Assembly (NCBI RefSeq): GCF_046119375.1
Contig: NW_027362764.1
Location: forward strand, 496,992,001 to 497,056,000
Reading direction: 5' to 3'
From: Phyllobates terribilis
Taxonomy: Eukaryota
Length of the DNA: 64,000 bases
Of this stretch, positions 61,731-64,000 are shown in pieces. Position 1 is the first letter of the stretch; each line of letters starts with the position of its first letter. The translations under genes were made by a program, and so were the position numbers. The notes below the pieces were generated by a model, which was not told where the DNA came from, did not search any database, and saw only the letters and a program-made list of their open reading frames with translations.

Positions 61731-63433
61731 CCCCTTCATAACTGGGCTTTTTTTCATGTTTACACTCTTGTTTTTCCTGCCATTCTTCTAAGAGCTATAA
61801 CTTTATCTAGTCGTATGAGATCTTGTTTTTTTTGTGAGACGAGATGTAGTTGTGAATGACACCATTTATTTTATGATGTGACACCCTCTAACCAGTCCAG
61901 CAAAATCTGAACTCCAATATGGCGCTTCTTCCCTTCTGAGCTTTGCACTGTGCCTCAAAAGTCGTTTTTGACCACATGTGGGGTATCGGTGTGTTCAGGA
62001 GAAATTGCACAACAAATTTTGGGGGCCATTTTCTCCTGCTATCCTTGTGAAATGGAAATATTGCGGGTTAAGGCTATGTGCCCACGTAACAGATTTGATG
62101 CAGAGCGTTTTTGCCTCTCTGGCAGAAAAAAACGCATGCAGATTTACATGCGTTTTTTCTGCCAGGTAGAAGCGTTTTTTCAAGCACATTTCCAAGCGAT
62201 TTTGAGCATCACTTGGAAAAGTGCTTGACAAGTTGATCACACAATATAAATCCATGCAACCAGCATGGATTTATAATGTGTGAACAACTTAGATGCTTTA
62301 AATGCAGCATCTATAGTAAAAAAAAAAAAGAATTAAAACGTTAAAAATAAACAAAACCTGTTTATTCACCCCTCCGACGGCCCCCGGTCTGCTCTCCAGT
62401 CTCCTCCGGTCTGCTCCCGGCCGTGTCTTCTCTCTTCAGCGTCTCGCAGTGTACTGTCAGGACCTGCGGTGACGTCATGTAGTCAGCTGATGGTCACGCG
62501 ACCATCATCTGACTAAATGACGTCACCGCAGGTCCTGACAGTACACTGCGGGACGCTGAAGAGAGAAGACGCGGCCGGGAGCAGACCGGGGGCCGCCGGA
62601 GAGGTGAATATACAGGTTTTGTTTATTTTTAACTTTTTTATTTCTTTTTTTCACCGCATGGTAGCCGGGATGAAGAGGAGTTGTAGTCTCGTCTTCATCC
62701 CAGGTACCCCACACACCGCGATTACGCTGCAGCGTAATCGCGGTAGAAATGGTCATGCTGCGTTTTGCAAAGCAATGCGAATTCGTCGCGCAAATTAGCG
62801 CATCATGTGCACAGCACATCCGAATTCACATTAGTTTGCATGGCAGACGGTTTTACAAGCATTTTCGCGGCGGTAAAAACTCCACAAAAACCACTACGTG
62901 GGCACATAGCCTAAAACAACATTTTTGTGAAAAAAAAATATATTTTTTCATTTTCACAGATCAACGTAAAATTCTGTGAAGCACCTGTGGGTTCAAGGTG
63001 CTCACCACATGTGTAGATAAATTCCTCAAAGTCACTTCAAATGTGATGTAGTCCCTAAAGAAATGGTATTGTGAATTTTGTTGGAAAAATGAGAATTTTT
63101 TTTTTAACCCTTCTAACTTCCTAACAAAAAAATAGTTTAAAAAATGGTGCAGATGTAAAGTAGACATGTGGGAAATGTTATTTATTAACTATATTGTGTG
63201 ACACATCTCTCTGATTTAAGGGCTTAAGAATGAAAAGTTTGAAAAATGCAATATTTTCGCCAAACGTTTTGATATTTTCACAAATAAACGCAAGTCATAT
63301 TGAACAAATTTTTCTCCGAATCGCTGGGATATGTTGAAGCTTTCCAGAGTTATTACCACATAAAGTGACACTGGTCAGAATTGTAAAATTTGGCCCGGTC
63401 ATGAAGGTGAAAACAGGCTCGGGGGTGAAGTGG
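61731..63433. mobile_element. piggyBac-like non-autonomous element with a nested MITE
   Basis: TTAA|CCCCTTCAT ... GTGAAGTGG|TTAA. Confidence 0.6.
62072..62911. mobile_element. Harbinger-like MITE nested in the piggyBac-like element
   Basis: TAA|GGCTATGTGCCCACGTA ... TACGTGGGCACATAGCC|TAA (TAA TSD); central palindrome of about 290 bp. Confidence 0.85.
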
Positions 63434-63705
63434 TTAAGTGAAATTCAGCATGGAAGGCAAGTTCATGTCTGCTGTTAACCGAATTCTCTGCCTTTAAACA
63501 TACAGTGAATTACAGATAGAAGTTTGTACTGCTTGTAGCAAAAGCGACACAAAAATATTGTGTTGTAGCTACTAGCCGCAATGTAAGAAAGCCTAGGACT
63601 CAGTGTAAGCTGGTGTATTTCTGAGAGGAAAGCTCTGCTTGCATTAAGGGCGGTGATTTATAGCCTGCTGTGTATACATGTATAAAGACTGGTTATTTGT
63701 ATATA

Positions 63706-64000
63706 CAGTTGTGGCCAAACGTTTTGAGATTGACACGAATTTTGGTTTTCACAAATTTTGCTCCTTCAGGTTCTATAGCGGCAATTTGCATTAAAGGGGT
63801 ATTCCCATCTCCAAGATACTATCCCAATATGTAGTAGGTGTAATAATAATATTAGCAAATACCTCCAATTAGAAATGTAGTATAGATTTTCTGATTCGCT
63901 ATGTTGATTTGTTCGTTCACCCATCACAGCACCATGAGAGAGGGGATTCGCCCACCAAGGACAGGAAACCTACAGGCTTAAAAGGGCGGCAACTCTCTTC
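63706..64000. mobile_element. Start of a Tc1-like element, interrupted at 63795 by a T2-like MITE that runs off the window
   Basis: TA|CAGTTGTGGCCAAACGTTTTGAG; TTAA|AGGGGTATTCCCATC. Confidence 0.55.

Noticed and set aside
60804-64000. Search for NOL7 exon 2 (expected DK..LKEKRKRR-like)
   Set aside because: No matching spliceable segment found by eye; the exon is presumed to lie beyond the window.

Overview
Vertebrate nuclear DNA, almost certainly a frog: the SIRT5 protein is Xenopus-like and the repeats include T2/Kolobok, Harbinger, hAT, Tc1, Helitron and Penelope families. The window holds the conserved GFOD1(-) / SIRT5(+) / NOL7(+) gene block. It contains GFOD1 coding exon 1 (17491-17743), a complete 8-coding-exon SIRT5 (29692-45692; 930 nt, 309 aa, all splice sites GT-AG and in phase) and NOL7 coding exon 1 (54512-54630). 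Much of the rest is transposon debris, plus six large minisatellite arrays. The most striking feature is that NOL7 exon 1 is enclosed by two unrelated tandem arrays (about 35 x 56 bp upstream, about 130 x 46 bp in intron 1). Their units carry a CTCF-like core motif in the same orientation, which suggests a repeat-built insulator or loop anchor. Three other arrays sit inside transposons whose termini can still be read. A minimal Penelope-type hammerhead ribozyme lies at 10066-10100. SIRT5 has lost the presequence Arg and has a weak first AUG followed by a strong internal AUG. All motif and family calls are by eye, orthologue comparisons are from memory, and no database search was run.
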